Below are positions 21,246 through 33,480 of a stretch of 64,000 bases of DNA, one piece after another. The notes under the pieces were generated by a model, which saw only the letters and a list, made by a program, of their open reading frames with translations, was not told the origin of the DNA and searched no databases. The position numbers and the translations under genes were made by a program. Location of the stretch: NCBI RefSeq assembly GCF_020745735.1, contig NC_083409.1, positions 20,532,098-20,596,097 on the forward strand, given 5' to 3'. The stretch comes from Hemiscyllium ocellatum. Its lineage: Eukaryota. The number at the start of each line of letters is the position of its first letter. The stretch's first letter is position 1.

Positions 21246-23045
21246 TTTGCGAGAGTAAATGGAACGAACAAACTGGGTGTGCGTGACACCCCCACCCTGT
21301 CCCCAAGAGAGTGGGGACAGGAACAGTAATGTTCTCAGAGAGAAAGGATGGTAGAAATGGTACCCCACAGAGAGAGAGAGAGGACAGGAAGCATGACACT
21401 CCCCAGAGACAGGCAAACAGTATCTGTCTGCTCCCCACTTTCTTGTTGTGACATATGTCGTTGGGAAATGGGTTTGGTTTATATTTTCTCAATTGTATTT
21501 AGGTTTGATGAGGTGATTTGGTAACAATGATTCCAATTCCATATTTTGTGTGGCAGCAAATCTACTGAATGTCATCCTTTCATTTGGAGGTTGCCCAGGT
21601 TTCTGTCCAGGCTGATGCAGTATGGTCTACCAGTGCTGCTCCTATTGGGCTAAACCATCACACACGAGGGAATCTGAACCTTCTCTTTGTGCTGGCAAAG
21701 GGAGAGATTTGTTTATACTGTAATTGCGGCCAAAAAAATTAGTTAGTGGATGTAATTCCAGCTGAATATAATGTTCTGATGTTCATGATGGGATTTATCA
21801 CGACAGTTCCCACTTGCCTTTACACTGATGCTGGAACAGGAAGTCACCATGCAGTGGTCTCCGGGCTCACACTGAGAAACCAAGTTGATGGTATAACTGC
21901 AGAGAGCAAGACAATGGCTTGGACTCACCGAACAACCAGAGGCTTCAGCCAACAACTGGGTCACAGACAAATGGAGTGTGTAAATGCTCAGTATCTCAGG
22001 GAACAAACACAACTACCGAGTTACAAAACTGAACAGGACTTTTTATGAAAATTGGCATTCCAAACATAAATTCCAAACACGATATGTGTAAAAATTGAGT
22101 GCAATCTCATTACAAAGACTACATCATTTTCGTTGAAAGCTGGACGATAATGGGATGAGAATTCAAACAACCACCCACTCTATCACACGGTGTTCTCATC
22201 ATAACACATTTGCAAGCCTCTTAAAACATGGAAGGAGAGAGAAACATTGCAAACTATATTACCATGAGTGAGGATCCATTAAAAACTAGGATCATGATGT
22301 TAAATGCTCCCAGCCATAAACAACACTGATGCATTCACATCATTAGTTTGTTAAGTGATGTTAAAAAGTCTGCCAACCACTTTCATGAAGAAGGAATATT
22401 TAAATCTCAAGAGGCATTGATGACTTTTTTTCAGGATTATAGCAAGGAAGCAGCAGCTGACACATGAACTTCAACAAACTAATGATAACAGGGACTGAAT
22501 ACAGAGCAGGCCCCTGAGAGAGAGAGAAAAATCAACAGCAGAGATCTGTCCAGTGCTGGGAGCATTTTAGTCAAGACACTTTGTTGCCAGCAAGTTACTG
22601 CAGCTTGAAATTTCCAGTATTGTCAGAAAGAGAAAAAGGACAATGTGCAGATTGTTGAACAGGCCCCTACACTTGGGCCTGAGGCAGGAGCCCAAGCTCC
22701 AACACACTGGCCTCACTTCACACCAACCTTCACACAGTGCGGGGTCATGAACTCCGGCCATCAATTCCTCTGGGACCGGGACAATTGTAGAAGAGTCAAT
22801 AGAGAGTAAAGCAAGATGGAGAGGGTGTTTGGAAAGGGGTTAGAGGAGGAAATATACTTTGTGCCACTCAGTACAAACAAAAGTCACACTGAAGTACTTT
22901 TCTTATCACAGGGGACATTTTCACTGTAGTGTGATACGTACCCTGCTTCTGAAGCTGTACACTCTCTCTATGGGTCTCTCCAGATTGAGCCTGATCGCTC
23001 CAAGCAAGGCCCCAGTTTTTGTTTTATTGATCAGGGACAATGAAG

Positions 23046-23065
23046 CAGCTGCCCTCTAGTGGCGA
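23046..23065 (-). promoter_or_regulatory. CTCF-binding motif
   Basis: Minus strand reads TCGCCACTAGAGGGCAGCTG, a close match to the CTCF core consensus CCAC(C/T)AG(A/G)GGGC. Confidence 0.6.
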
Positions 23066-25849
23066 GAGAGCGCTTGCACGGCTGCTGAGGATTATGGGTA
23101 AAGTCCCCTTCCATTCGTGCCCACACAAACCAGCAGCTACTTCAGCTGCTTTATGGAAAACCACAAACTTTAAGGCGCTGTTCTTTCAACGGTGGAACTG
23201 GACGCACGGTCATACGAATTAGGGACAAATGAAGGAGATTCATCCTCTTCAGCCTGCTCCCCATGGCTGACCTGATTATTCACCTTCTTACCTTACTCTG
23301 ACAGATTTTTGATAAGCAATGACTGTCTACTTCTTCACTACAAGCATTCAGACGTTTCAATTTCAATTCCAAAGACCTATGACCTTTGTAAGAAATCAAA
23401 ATCCTGCTCATCTAGGTCTTAAATGACGGAACTTATTTTAGTTTTATATTCTCCCTGAAAAGGAAGCATTCTTTTCACAGCCACGCTGTATTCTATGCTC
23501 TTGTTGATATGACATCTACTTTAATCAGCTGCTCTCCCATGAGAACAGCTGCCTATCCTGCCACCTTCAATGACTGATGCACAGAAACATCCAGGTCCTA
23601 CTGCCCCTACACCCATCCATACTTGTACCCTTTAGTTTGTTTTGTGTCTCCACCTTTTCCTTCCAAAATAAATCAGTGACATCCCTTTCTATTAAATTCT
23701 ATCTGCGACCATTTGTTCATTCCATTACCTATACCTTTTTTGAAGTTCCACACTACCTTCTTCATGAGTCGCAGTAGATCCAAGTTTCATACCATCAGCA
23801 AATTTTGAAACCATGCCTTGTGCACTCAGATTTAAATATTTTAAATAATTTTAGAATGAACTATTTTATAAACTATTGTAAATTAAACCTCAAATTTATT
23901 GCCCATCTCTAGTTGCTCGGACTGAGTTCTGAGCCAGATTATGGGGCCTTTAAGAATGAATCACGTCGCTGTGGGACTGGAGTCACAGACCGGGTGATGA
24001 CTGGGTTCCCTTGTCCAAACTACATTCATGAACGTGACATTGAGTTTCCTGGGTTTTTTTGTTCAGATCCCAGCACCTTCCTTCCCAGATATTACACGGC
24101 TCACCACTGCCCTCTCCAGGACAATTAGGGAAGTGCAACAAATATCAGCCATTTTTGTGCCCGCCCATCCCAGGAGAAATCAAAATAAATGAGATACACT
24201 TCAAATGATCAAACTGGTGAGGATTGAATTCATCTCTTTGAAAGACTGGAGCCTAGGCGAGAAATAGAGCCATGACATGGGTGACCCTGGTTTGTCAGAC
24301 TGAAAGGTGGCGTGTCATTTGGATTGACACTGGGATCAGACACAAAATGAATTACACTCAAAGACCGAACAAACGTCTATCAAAGTGGGTCACCAAACTG
24401 CAAAGAGCAGCAATTTATCTGGGAGACCTCAACAGGTATCAGTGGGTGTAAGTGCTTTCAGCAGGCAAGTGTCAGATGTTGTAGAACACACCAGAAACAC
24501 AGTCACACAGAAAGGGAAGCTATTGGGATAGAGCAGGGAAACGGGAATAACTGAATTTCTCCACTGAGAGCTGGAAGAGGTTTTCTCGGTTGTAACTCCT
24601 CTGAGAATGATAAAGCTTGAAGGGCTGTTTATATTATAGACAACACTGCAGCGCGCAAGAAAAGATGTGGAGTGACAGATCTCCTTTAAATCAGAAATAA
24701 AGGTCAATGTGATTTTGGATTGAATATTGAGAGTGAGGAGATGGAGGGGAGAGTGACCATGGCAGCTGTCCTGAAGAATGGTTAGGTCATGGCTAGAATG
24801 GTGCACAGTTAGAGGCTGCTTTGAGGGACAATACATAATGGGACATGGACAGGGGATCTAGGGTCACCAGAGATGTGCAGGATAGCAAATGGAAAATGCC
24901 ATGGAAAATGCAGGATTACAGGGATAGGTCGGGTAGGTGTGGGTCAGGGTGGGGTGACCTTCAAAGGGTCTGAATGAGCTTGCTGGACTGTGTGGCCTGC
25001 TTCCACTCTGTAGGAATTCCTCGATTCTGTGATTCTATGAAGGCCAGAATAGGATCTCAACAGTGGAGGGAGGGTATTCTGATGTTCAAAAATTCTTAAA
25101 CAAATAAACACAGTAAATGTAGATTTATCGTCAGTGCAGACAAGCTGAAAGGCAAAATGACTTATTCTCCAGTCATATACCAGGTACAGAAAAGAGATCA
25201 GGAAAAATATTTTGATGCAATTATTGGAACTTAATGATGAATGATGATAAACAGAGTGCTCCATTCAAAAAAAGACAGAATTACTTTTTAGAATTTCAAC
25301 AGGCCTGAAGCAAAAGAGGAAATCAGGATCAAATAGTCATTTGAAAATATAGTACTTGAGTGAGACAAGATCCTTCTTGTGAAAACATTTCATTTTGCCT
25401 TGCTTTCTCTCCATGGATGCTGCCTGACCCACTGTGATCTCCAGAGTTTTGCTGTGCGATTTCTTACAAAATGTCTTGTTGTGTGCAAGACAAAAGCTTT
25501 GACAAAATGTCTCTTTTTTTTCAGTAACACTTGAATTTGGATCAGTTTGGAGAGAAAGCAGGGCCATGGAATCATCTTTCCCTGTCGGGAGGGAGGGAGT
25601 GTGTGTGGAATCTCCCATGGGCAGGGTTCTCCTGGCTGCCACCACAACAGGAAGGCTGGAGCTTGATAATCGAGCTGAATGGACAGGGCTCACTCTCACA
25701 GTCCTCAGGGCCATCGAGCCTCTTGTGATGGGGGCATCTGCTTGGTGTCAGGGCAGACAATGACATTGCAGTGGGATTAGAAATGGGACAACTCGACAAT
25801 GGATGCTGCACAATGGCTGCACTGACTCTTCCTCTCTGCCTGATCCCTC

Positions 25850-26640
25850 CCCACACACAGGAGAAGTTGCATTAGGAACCTGTTCTAAAGGGCTACAACC
25901 CACTGCAGCACTCCCAAACTGCAAAGAGAAGAACACTTCTACAAAGACTTTGCCACGAACAGATATTCCCGCAACTTCATTCACAGATGCATAACAGACA
26001 AACAACGCGATGAGGGTATGCCACGACCTAACCCACTAGCCACACTACCTTATATAAAAACATCACAGTACTCCAACCACTCATAAACTGCCCAGAAACT
26101 GACAGCCACGCTCAGACAACCCATGAGAACAAAAGGCCCATACCTACCGTGTGAAAGACAGATGTAATTTACAAGAATCCATGCAACGTTTGCATGAAAC
26201 ACCTCGGACAAACAGACAGACAACTAGCCATGCACATCCATTAACACCAACGAGCCACTAAACCCCATGAGCAGTTGTCCCGAGTAGCTATACACACAGA
26301 TGACAAGGACCACAAATTCGACTGGACCAACACTATGATCATAGGACAAGCTCAACAGAGGACAGCCAGGGAATTTCTAGAGGCATGACGCTTATCCATG
26401 GGCTTCACCAATAAGCACATTGACCTAGACCCAGTATACCAACCACTGCAACGAACATCAGGAACCAATAACTGGAAACAGCAGGTATGGAACCAAATAA
26501 GTTCCAGAAGACACAGCACAACAGCACTTCACAGGAAGCTCCAAAGCTCTGAAGATGTCACCGAGACAGGGGACAAAATGTTTACAAATCAACTTCCCAG
26601 CTCGGTGAGCATACCCACTACTACAGCAAGGTGGGGGTTC
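25850..26640 (+). mobile_element. Second Penelope-like fragment (different family)
   Basis: Broken frames resembling RATTHCSTP...EEHLYK...PRNFIHRC...LATLPYIK, a YKxPC..C...GQT GIY-YIG-like segment and NKHIDLDPVY. Degenerate hammerhead core CTGAAGA at 26549-26555. Confidence 0.7.
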
Positions 26641-28239
26641 CTGTCCTACAGTGCTCTCCAAATCCTTACCTGCCATCTTCATAGTCAGATATTCATGCCC
26701 CTTACTACACATGGAATTGGACTGCCTGGTCCTGAGTCTTATAACATCCTTCTGGGACAAAGTCTCCAGGTATCTCTGCACCTCCCTGATGTGTCACCAA
26801 TACTTTCAACTAAGCCTCCAATCCCAACACCCTGTGTGGGAGTTGTTGTAGATGTATACATTCACTACAGATGTATTTAACCTGAGTCACTTTAACTCAA
26901 TAAAGAAATGTTGATCCCCTTTACAAATGAAAGATATCCATTCCTCTATTAAACCAGTAATTGTCTTCAGTATCTGAATTAAAGTTTGAGTGCTTTCCAT
27001 TTATTGACCCTCCCGAATTGGGGTGTCCCGAAGCAGTACAAGATGACATAAGGATATAGACGGGTTGGGAGGGTCAGATGGGCTGATCAGTAACAAGTGT
27101 AATTCATTCAGATAAATGTGAGTCAGTGGACTGAGCTCCCCCTGACCATGTGAGTGAGGTGAGGGCAGAGTGACAGCACTTGACATCAAGGCCTGAGCAA
27201 TGCAGCAGTTTTTCACCTGCTATTCCAGGGAAGGGATCAACATCGGGATCCCTCTGAGCAACTCCTGGGAATTCTGTCATCCCAAAGGGACACGTCCTCC
27301 TCTTCAGTTCCCACAACCAGCAGCAAGTCAGCCACACACTGTGCAAACTGTTTGGGGGAGCTGACCTGAACTCTCACAGCCCTGTGCCATGCTCTGCTGG
27401 AAGATGTAGGGACTATTGGGGAACCCTGTTGGCAGACAGCTCCATCAATATTGTTGGTATTTAAATGTGAAGATGAACTTGTCCTGGTCCTCAGCCTTCC
27501 CTGACCCGATATGGACCAGAACATGTTCAAAATGACCAACTGTGTAATGACCCACTGCCAGTCCGACAGCAATGAGCCAATCTGCTCTGAACACTCCCTG
27601 AGTGAGCTCACTCCATTATGTTCAGATACACTGCCATTGAGTGCCCAGGGAGCCCACCCTTCCACTCTCTGATTTTGATAGCCCTCCCATCACAGAGACC
27701 CCCGGGAAACCCTTCAGTTCGTTCTCCACTGGAGGGGGCTGGTCTCAGTGGTTTTGATGGATGCATCTGTAGGTGAGATATAATGATATATAACTCAATA
27801 TGTTCTCTATTCCCCACCCACACACATATGGACACAGGCTCTTCTCCATTCATCGTACACCATCAGACACAGGTATTCAGGATGGGTACTGCCCTTTCAG
27901 AGCATCACCATGGTGGATGGAGGGTTATCGAGAGAAAGGTACCCTCCCCACTCTGGGTTTGGACCTTTCCCATTTACACTCTGAGTTCAGCTCACTCTCA
28001 ACATGATTCTTCAAGCTTTCTGAACTCCAACACACCTTCCTTCTTTCCTCCATTTATTGGGGATGATTTTCTCAGGGCCCTGCATTCCTGCTGAAAGTGC
28101 CCCTTCTGTCCCTAACTGTAGTAATGCCCTCCTGCTCCCGGGACCCCATTGCCCTCTCTATTCTCCCCCTCGTGTTCCGTGCCTTGAGGGTGGAGTGTTT
28201 CAATTCACAGACTCTTTCCCTGAGGCTTCAGCTCGGGCC

Positions 28240-29033
28240 ATTTCCAAAGCACACACGAGACAGAGACTGAATCTTCTTCATCTTTATTCCCTTTTCCAGA
28301 TTGACATTGACAGAAAACAGACTGTAATTAACAGCCCAGACAGAGGAAGCTGCTCAAATTCACAGCCACATTGGAGCTTGAGGAAAACACTTGTGGAGAT
28401 TTTCTCTATAACCTGAGAATTCTGTCCCTTTAAACAGTGACTAAACCTTAAATTGGAACTGGTGGCTGAGCAGGAAGGAGATCTGGTTTACTGAAGCAGA
28501 GACTTCTGAGGTTCACATTGTTTTTATACAGCTCACAGTTTTCAATCTTTGAAAGGTTATGCTTGTTATTACAACTCAACACTGTCCCCAACAAACAGTC
28601 TCTTGGACAGGGACAGAATAGGGTCAGATACAGAGTAAAGCTCTTTCCGTACTGTTTGCACCAACGACACCCAGGACAGGAACAGGATAAGAAACAGAAT
28701 AAAGCTGTCTCCAGACTGTCCTCTTCAAACACTCCCAGGACAGGGACAGCACTGGTTGGGTACAGAGTGAAGCTCTCTCTACAGTGTCAAAGTAACCTGC
28801 CTTAACCCCTGAACCTCAGAGTCTCCCAGAGGCCAGTCTCAAGAAGGAAGAGAGTTGAAATTCAGTGCTGACAATGACCTTTGTCCTGCCAGCTCAGCCC
28901 TGTTCTATTTAAAGTTGTCTCTCCTCTGTGGACTGTCTCCAACACTCTACACACATTCTGATCTCCTGATGCTCTTGCTGCGGGGAGAGGAGAGGGTCAC
29001 GTGGGTGAGGGCACAGGAGAATGAGCGTTGGAC
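28240..29033 (-). pseudogene. Inverted remnant of a second kappa-type C exon (3' ~87 nt) plus complete 3'UTR
   Basis: The reverse complement aligns to 16971-17632. It encodes ...LTHVTLSSPRSKSIRRSECV* (stop at 28947-28949), has a conserved 3'UTR and polyA signal, and carries its own 1-nt deletion (gctcgcttc to gctcattc). Confidence 0.92.
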
Positions 29034-29537
29034 CGGCAGAAGTATCAGTTTGAATATTTGTATCCAACACCTAACAAACCCGATGTTTTTTTAAATTCCT
29101 TTTTGATTGTGGACATTGAAGTCTCCCACCCAGAGTACATTCTGTGTCCTCACCACCCTCAGAGCTTCCGCCAAGTGCTGTTCAACATGGAGGAGAGACT
29201 GATTCATCAGCCGAGGGCAGACAGAACATGGTCATCAGCCACAGGTTTCACAGAATCAGAGAATCATACAGTGTAGAAGAGGTCCCTCATCTGATCATGT
29301 CTGTCCCACCAAGGCAAAACTAAAGCTACTCTCCATCAGCTTTCCAGACCTGGGTCCAAAGCATTGAATGTTTGGATATTTCAGGTGCCCATCCAGGTAT
29401 TTTTTAAAAGATATATTTGTTAAATATTGACCAGGACACCATGGGGATCTGTTCTGCTCTTCTAATAGTGTCATGGCATCTTCTACTGCCCCCTGAGAGG
29501 GCAGACATCAGAACATCCCATCTGAAAGATAGTCTTT

Positions 29538-29880
29538 GAGCACTGAACCTCTGACAGTGTTGCGCTCCCTCAGTATTGACACACCAGCAGTGCAGCACTC
29601 CCTCAGCATGAACTATCTGATAGTGCAGCACTCCCACAGTATTGACTTTCTGACAGTGCGGCATTTCCTCAGTACGAACCCTCTGACAGTGTGGCACTGT
29701 CTCAGTACTGACCTTCTGACAGTGCAGCACTCCCTCAGTACTGACCCATCATTAGGGAAACACTCCCTCAGTACTGACCCTCCAATAGTGTGGCACTCCC
29801 TCAGTACTGTCCTTCTGACGTGCTGCATTCCCTCAGTACTGACCCTCTGACAGTGCTGCACTCCCTCAGCGCTGCACTGC
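29538..29880. repeat. 33-bp tandem repeat, about 10 copies
   Basis: Unit cagtactgaccctctgacagtgcagcactccct, with starts at 29571, 29604 and 29637. The same motif occurs once at about 42055-42078. Confidence 0.9.
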
Positions 29881-32009
29881 ACTCTCGGCCTTGATAATTT
29901 GCTTCAGTGATAGAATCACGTAATGATGGAATCTGTACAACGTTGAACAGGCCATTCACTCGAATGAGTTCACACCAATCCTCCAAAGAGCATCCCACCC
30001 AGATCCAAACCAATGCACTATCCCTGCAACCTGCATTTCCCAATGGCTCATCCACTCAGTCTGCTACATTGTGAGTGGGAGGGGATAGTGCTCCCCGCTG
30101 AGACCAGGCTGACACCTCCCGGTCCAATGGCCTACCTTGCTTCCCCATCCCAGCCCACACTTGGAGGAATGAGACCACCTGGGGAGGCTCGAGATGTTTC
30201 CTAGCCAGAGATAGTGCCTTCAGGAGAGAGATGGTGAACAGATGATAGGGGCAGGGGGCAGTGGGGTCTGTTGTCTTGAGGTGGGGTGTAGGACACATTG
30301 AAGCAGATGATGGCCAGTGCTGAACCCTTTCCCCAGAAAGTGATTGCAAGTTGATGGGTGAAAGTAGCGGGGTGGGGGCACTAGAGTAATCTTTTGTTGC
30401 TGCTGAAACTCTTGCTGCCTGCTCAGTCACGTCTGAGAGACGCACAGACACATCAGACACACAGGAGGCAGCTTTCTGTGGATGTTCTCCTGGGGCAGGT
30501 CTCATCAATCATGGAGCTATGATCAGTAACAGTGTAAGCTGTGCGGTTCTGAAAGCCTGAGTCTGCAACTCAGCTCGGAAGGACGTCAGCTCATTCATCA
30601 AAACTGGTTCTGTCCCTCTGCAGCCTAGCCGGTCTGCCTGTGCCTTTTCACCACTCCCAGGTTTTCCCTTGTGTTACAGCTCATTCTCCTGAGGGACAGC
30701 TGTACTAAGGCCCAGTGGAGTGGACTCAATGGGCCGAATGGCCTTACTTCCACTCCTGTGTCTTATGACCTTGTCACTCTGTCAGATCCTCTGAAGAAAC
30801 TCATGGCTAACCATCGCCCTCTCCAGGATAGTTAGGGAAGGACAATAAATAGCAGACACGTCAATGCTCTCCCCATCCCGGGAGTAATCAACATAACTGA
30901 TGGACAATTCAAACAATCAAACTGATGGAAGGTGGTTAACTCAGTCCAGTGATTAAACTTCACCTGGTAATTCCTGTATTAAGTTCAAGGTGAAACTATC
31001 CTGGTCTCTGCTGAATTTAGATCAATTTTCATTGTTAACTTAATACATTTCCATCTTCATTCTTTCTCTCCAAACTGATCCTAATTTGAATGTTGCAAAA
31101 ACAAAACATTTTGTTGAAGCTTTTTGTCTTGCATGCATCAGGACAATTTACAAGAAATGTCACAGCAAAGGGAAACAATATTTAAACTGGCGTGTTCATA
31201 GTGACAACACCTCAGGGTGTCAGCACTTTCCTCATATGCAATATCAATGTCATGTTTTTCTCTTTTGATTGGTACTTTTACAATTATCCTGATGAGGGCA
31301 AAATGAAAAGCTGCCAAACACCGGGCATTTTTCAGACCAGTTCAATATTCTCAAATGACTACTTGATCCTAATTTGCTGTTTTGCTTCAGACCTGTTCAA
31401 ATTCCAAGAAGTAATTCTGTCCCATTTTGAATGGAGGACCCAGTTTACCAGCACTCACTAAGTTCCAATCTCGGCATCAAAATATTTTCCTGATCACCTT
31501 CCTTACCTGGTGTATGACCAGAGAATGTGTCATTTTGCCTTTCTGTTTGTCAGTATTGACAGTAAATTTACATTTACTGTGTCAATTTCATAATGAAGTT
31601 TTGTTATCAGAATACCCTCCCTCCCCCCTCGAGATCCTGTTCTGGCATTTCCTTGTAACCTAGATCTCCTATCCCTGTCCATTCTGCATTGCCCCTCAAT
31701 GAAGGCCATAACTATCCACCATATTCCAGATGTGACCTAACCATTCTTCAATACAGCTGTCCTGGCCACTCTCCCCTTCATCTCCTCACTCTCAATATTC
31801 ATTCCAAAGTCCCATTGCCCTTTCCCATGTCTGTTCTTATCAGGACAAGGGTCGAGTTGCGAGTCATCAGAGCTAGTGGAGAGATCATCGCTGGATCGTG
31901 ATCGTGATTGGACATTGAAGAATTGTTTGGTTGTGCTGACCTGCTCTTGGTAGATCTTCATGCTGGCTTCGGCCTAACGCCAATTCAGGGACCAGCCAAC
32001 CTTGGAGCC

Positions 32010-33479
32010 ATGGCCTCAGCAGCCACTCACAGCCCTGGACAGGAGGTTCGAAACACAGTCAGGGTGACTGTGAAGAAGGTGGAGGAGCACACACTGGTCG
32101 ATCGGACAGTATTTGTGAAGAAAGTGTTGCTGTGGGTTTTGAGTAGTGTGTACTGTCTGCTGGATTTCCCTGGGGCTGGCTACTTTGATATGACCTTCAG
32201 GAGTGTGAAGCATTGTGAGCAGCTCCTGAAGGTCTTCAAAGAGAAGGAAGGGGGAAACTCTGTTCTCCACCTTGCCGGTAGTCCCATTGTGTATGTTCTT
32301 TCTGCGCAGAGTAGTTGGGTTGTTACAATCCAAATGTACAACCCTTTCGTCCCAGCGGCAGATGTTCTCACCTTCTTGAAAAGATATGTCCAGGTTGAAG
32401 GAGAGAGCATTGATGTGGTTGATCTTTTTGGGATCTGGGCCAGCAAAAGACAGGTCAAGGTAACCCTGAGGGTCAATGCCAGCGGGAACATCTTCCACTC
32501 ACCCTCCAGCTTCGCCATCAGGGGAAACAGAGGTTACCTGACGTACGCAGGGCAGCCGAAGGTGTGCCGAACCTGCGGGAGGTCAGGCCACATGGCGGCC
32601 GACTGTAAGGTGACCGTATGCCGAAACTGCAAACAGGAAGGCCACCCGACCAAGGATTGTAAGGAGGCCAAGAATTGTAACCTGTGCGGAGAGGCGGGCC
32701 ACATGTATAAGGCCTGCCCAAGACGAGGAGCCGCCAACTACGCACAGATGGCTGGAGGTGGCGACACGAATACAAGCCGTGGACCGACAAAGACCAGCAA
32801 GGCACCAGAAAATAACACGGAAACGGTGCCTGGAGGCATCCAGAAAGAAGGGCAGGCATTAGCGGAGTAGACAGCAGACAGCGAGGAGGTGCAGCAGCCG
32901 ATCCAAGCTCCTTCAAGGCAGATGGAGGAAATGGAAGAGGAGGAATCAAAGTAGGCAGAGGACTGGATCACAGTCAAAAACAGGAAGAGAAAACCTCTCG
33001 GGGGCCCCAAAGCCACCCAGAGAAGGGGGAAGCGACACCTACAAGTCGAAGACGCAGGCAGCTCTTCCGATGGTGAGGACGGGCGCAAGGAGGGTCGTCA
33101 TGAGAGGAAGAGACAGAGCACCGTGGGGAGAAAGGAGGGCAGCACCGCCCAAGAAGGAAAAGACGATCCCTCCGAGGGGACGGGTAAAAGCCTCCCCCTA
33201 CCCGGTGAGAACCAGGAGGTACCCACCGGCCCACAGCTCCAGGTAACTGGGAGCAGCGGTCCTATGACAGCCCTGCTATCCGACGGAGAACTGGTCAGTG
33301 TGGACCATGGGCCCGACACGAAGACACCAGAGTGGGGTAATGGTCCCAGCGCGGAGCTGGACAGCCACCTCAGCCCTGGGAAGGTCCAACAGTTTGCCGC
33401 CACCACGGGGATGCACACAGCTACCCCAGAGGGGCAAGACCAGCAGCAAATGGACACCGGTAAACCTGTAAACTGTTAA
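32010..33479 (+). pseudogene. Tx1 ORF1 (RRM-like region plus 3x CCHC, ZCCHC3-like), interrupted
   Basis: gccATGG start. Knuckles CRTCGRSGHMAADC, CRNCKQEGHPTKDC and CNLCGEAGHMYKAC. In-frame TAGs at 32868-32870 and 32952-32954, after which the frame continues into ORF 33123-33479. Confidence 0.88.
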
Positions 33480-33480
33480 A

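Noticed and set aside
28240-29033. Processed (retro) pseudogene of the IgL mRNA
   Set aside because: No polyA tract or TSD, and homology extends about 39 nt beyond the AATAAA.
29538-29880. CRISPR-like array (also 18129-18257)
   Set aside because: Contiguous tandem units without unique spacers, in a vertebrate genome.
30056-30508. 150-aa minus-strand ORF
   Set aside because: No recognisable domain, splice context or codon pattern I can support; possibly a TE remnant.
31820-31860. Sequence-specific Tx1 target site or TSD
   Set aside because: The 5' flank is a CR1 fragment, and I found no convincing duplication with the 3' flank (about 37985) or any snRNA, tRNA or microsatellite target.
31908-32870. 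Host ZCCHC3 gene
   Set aside because: It sits directly upstream of an EN-RT ORF2 and contains in-frame stops, so it is a Tx1 ORF1.
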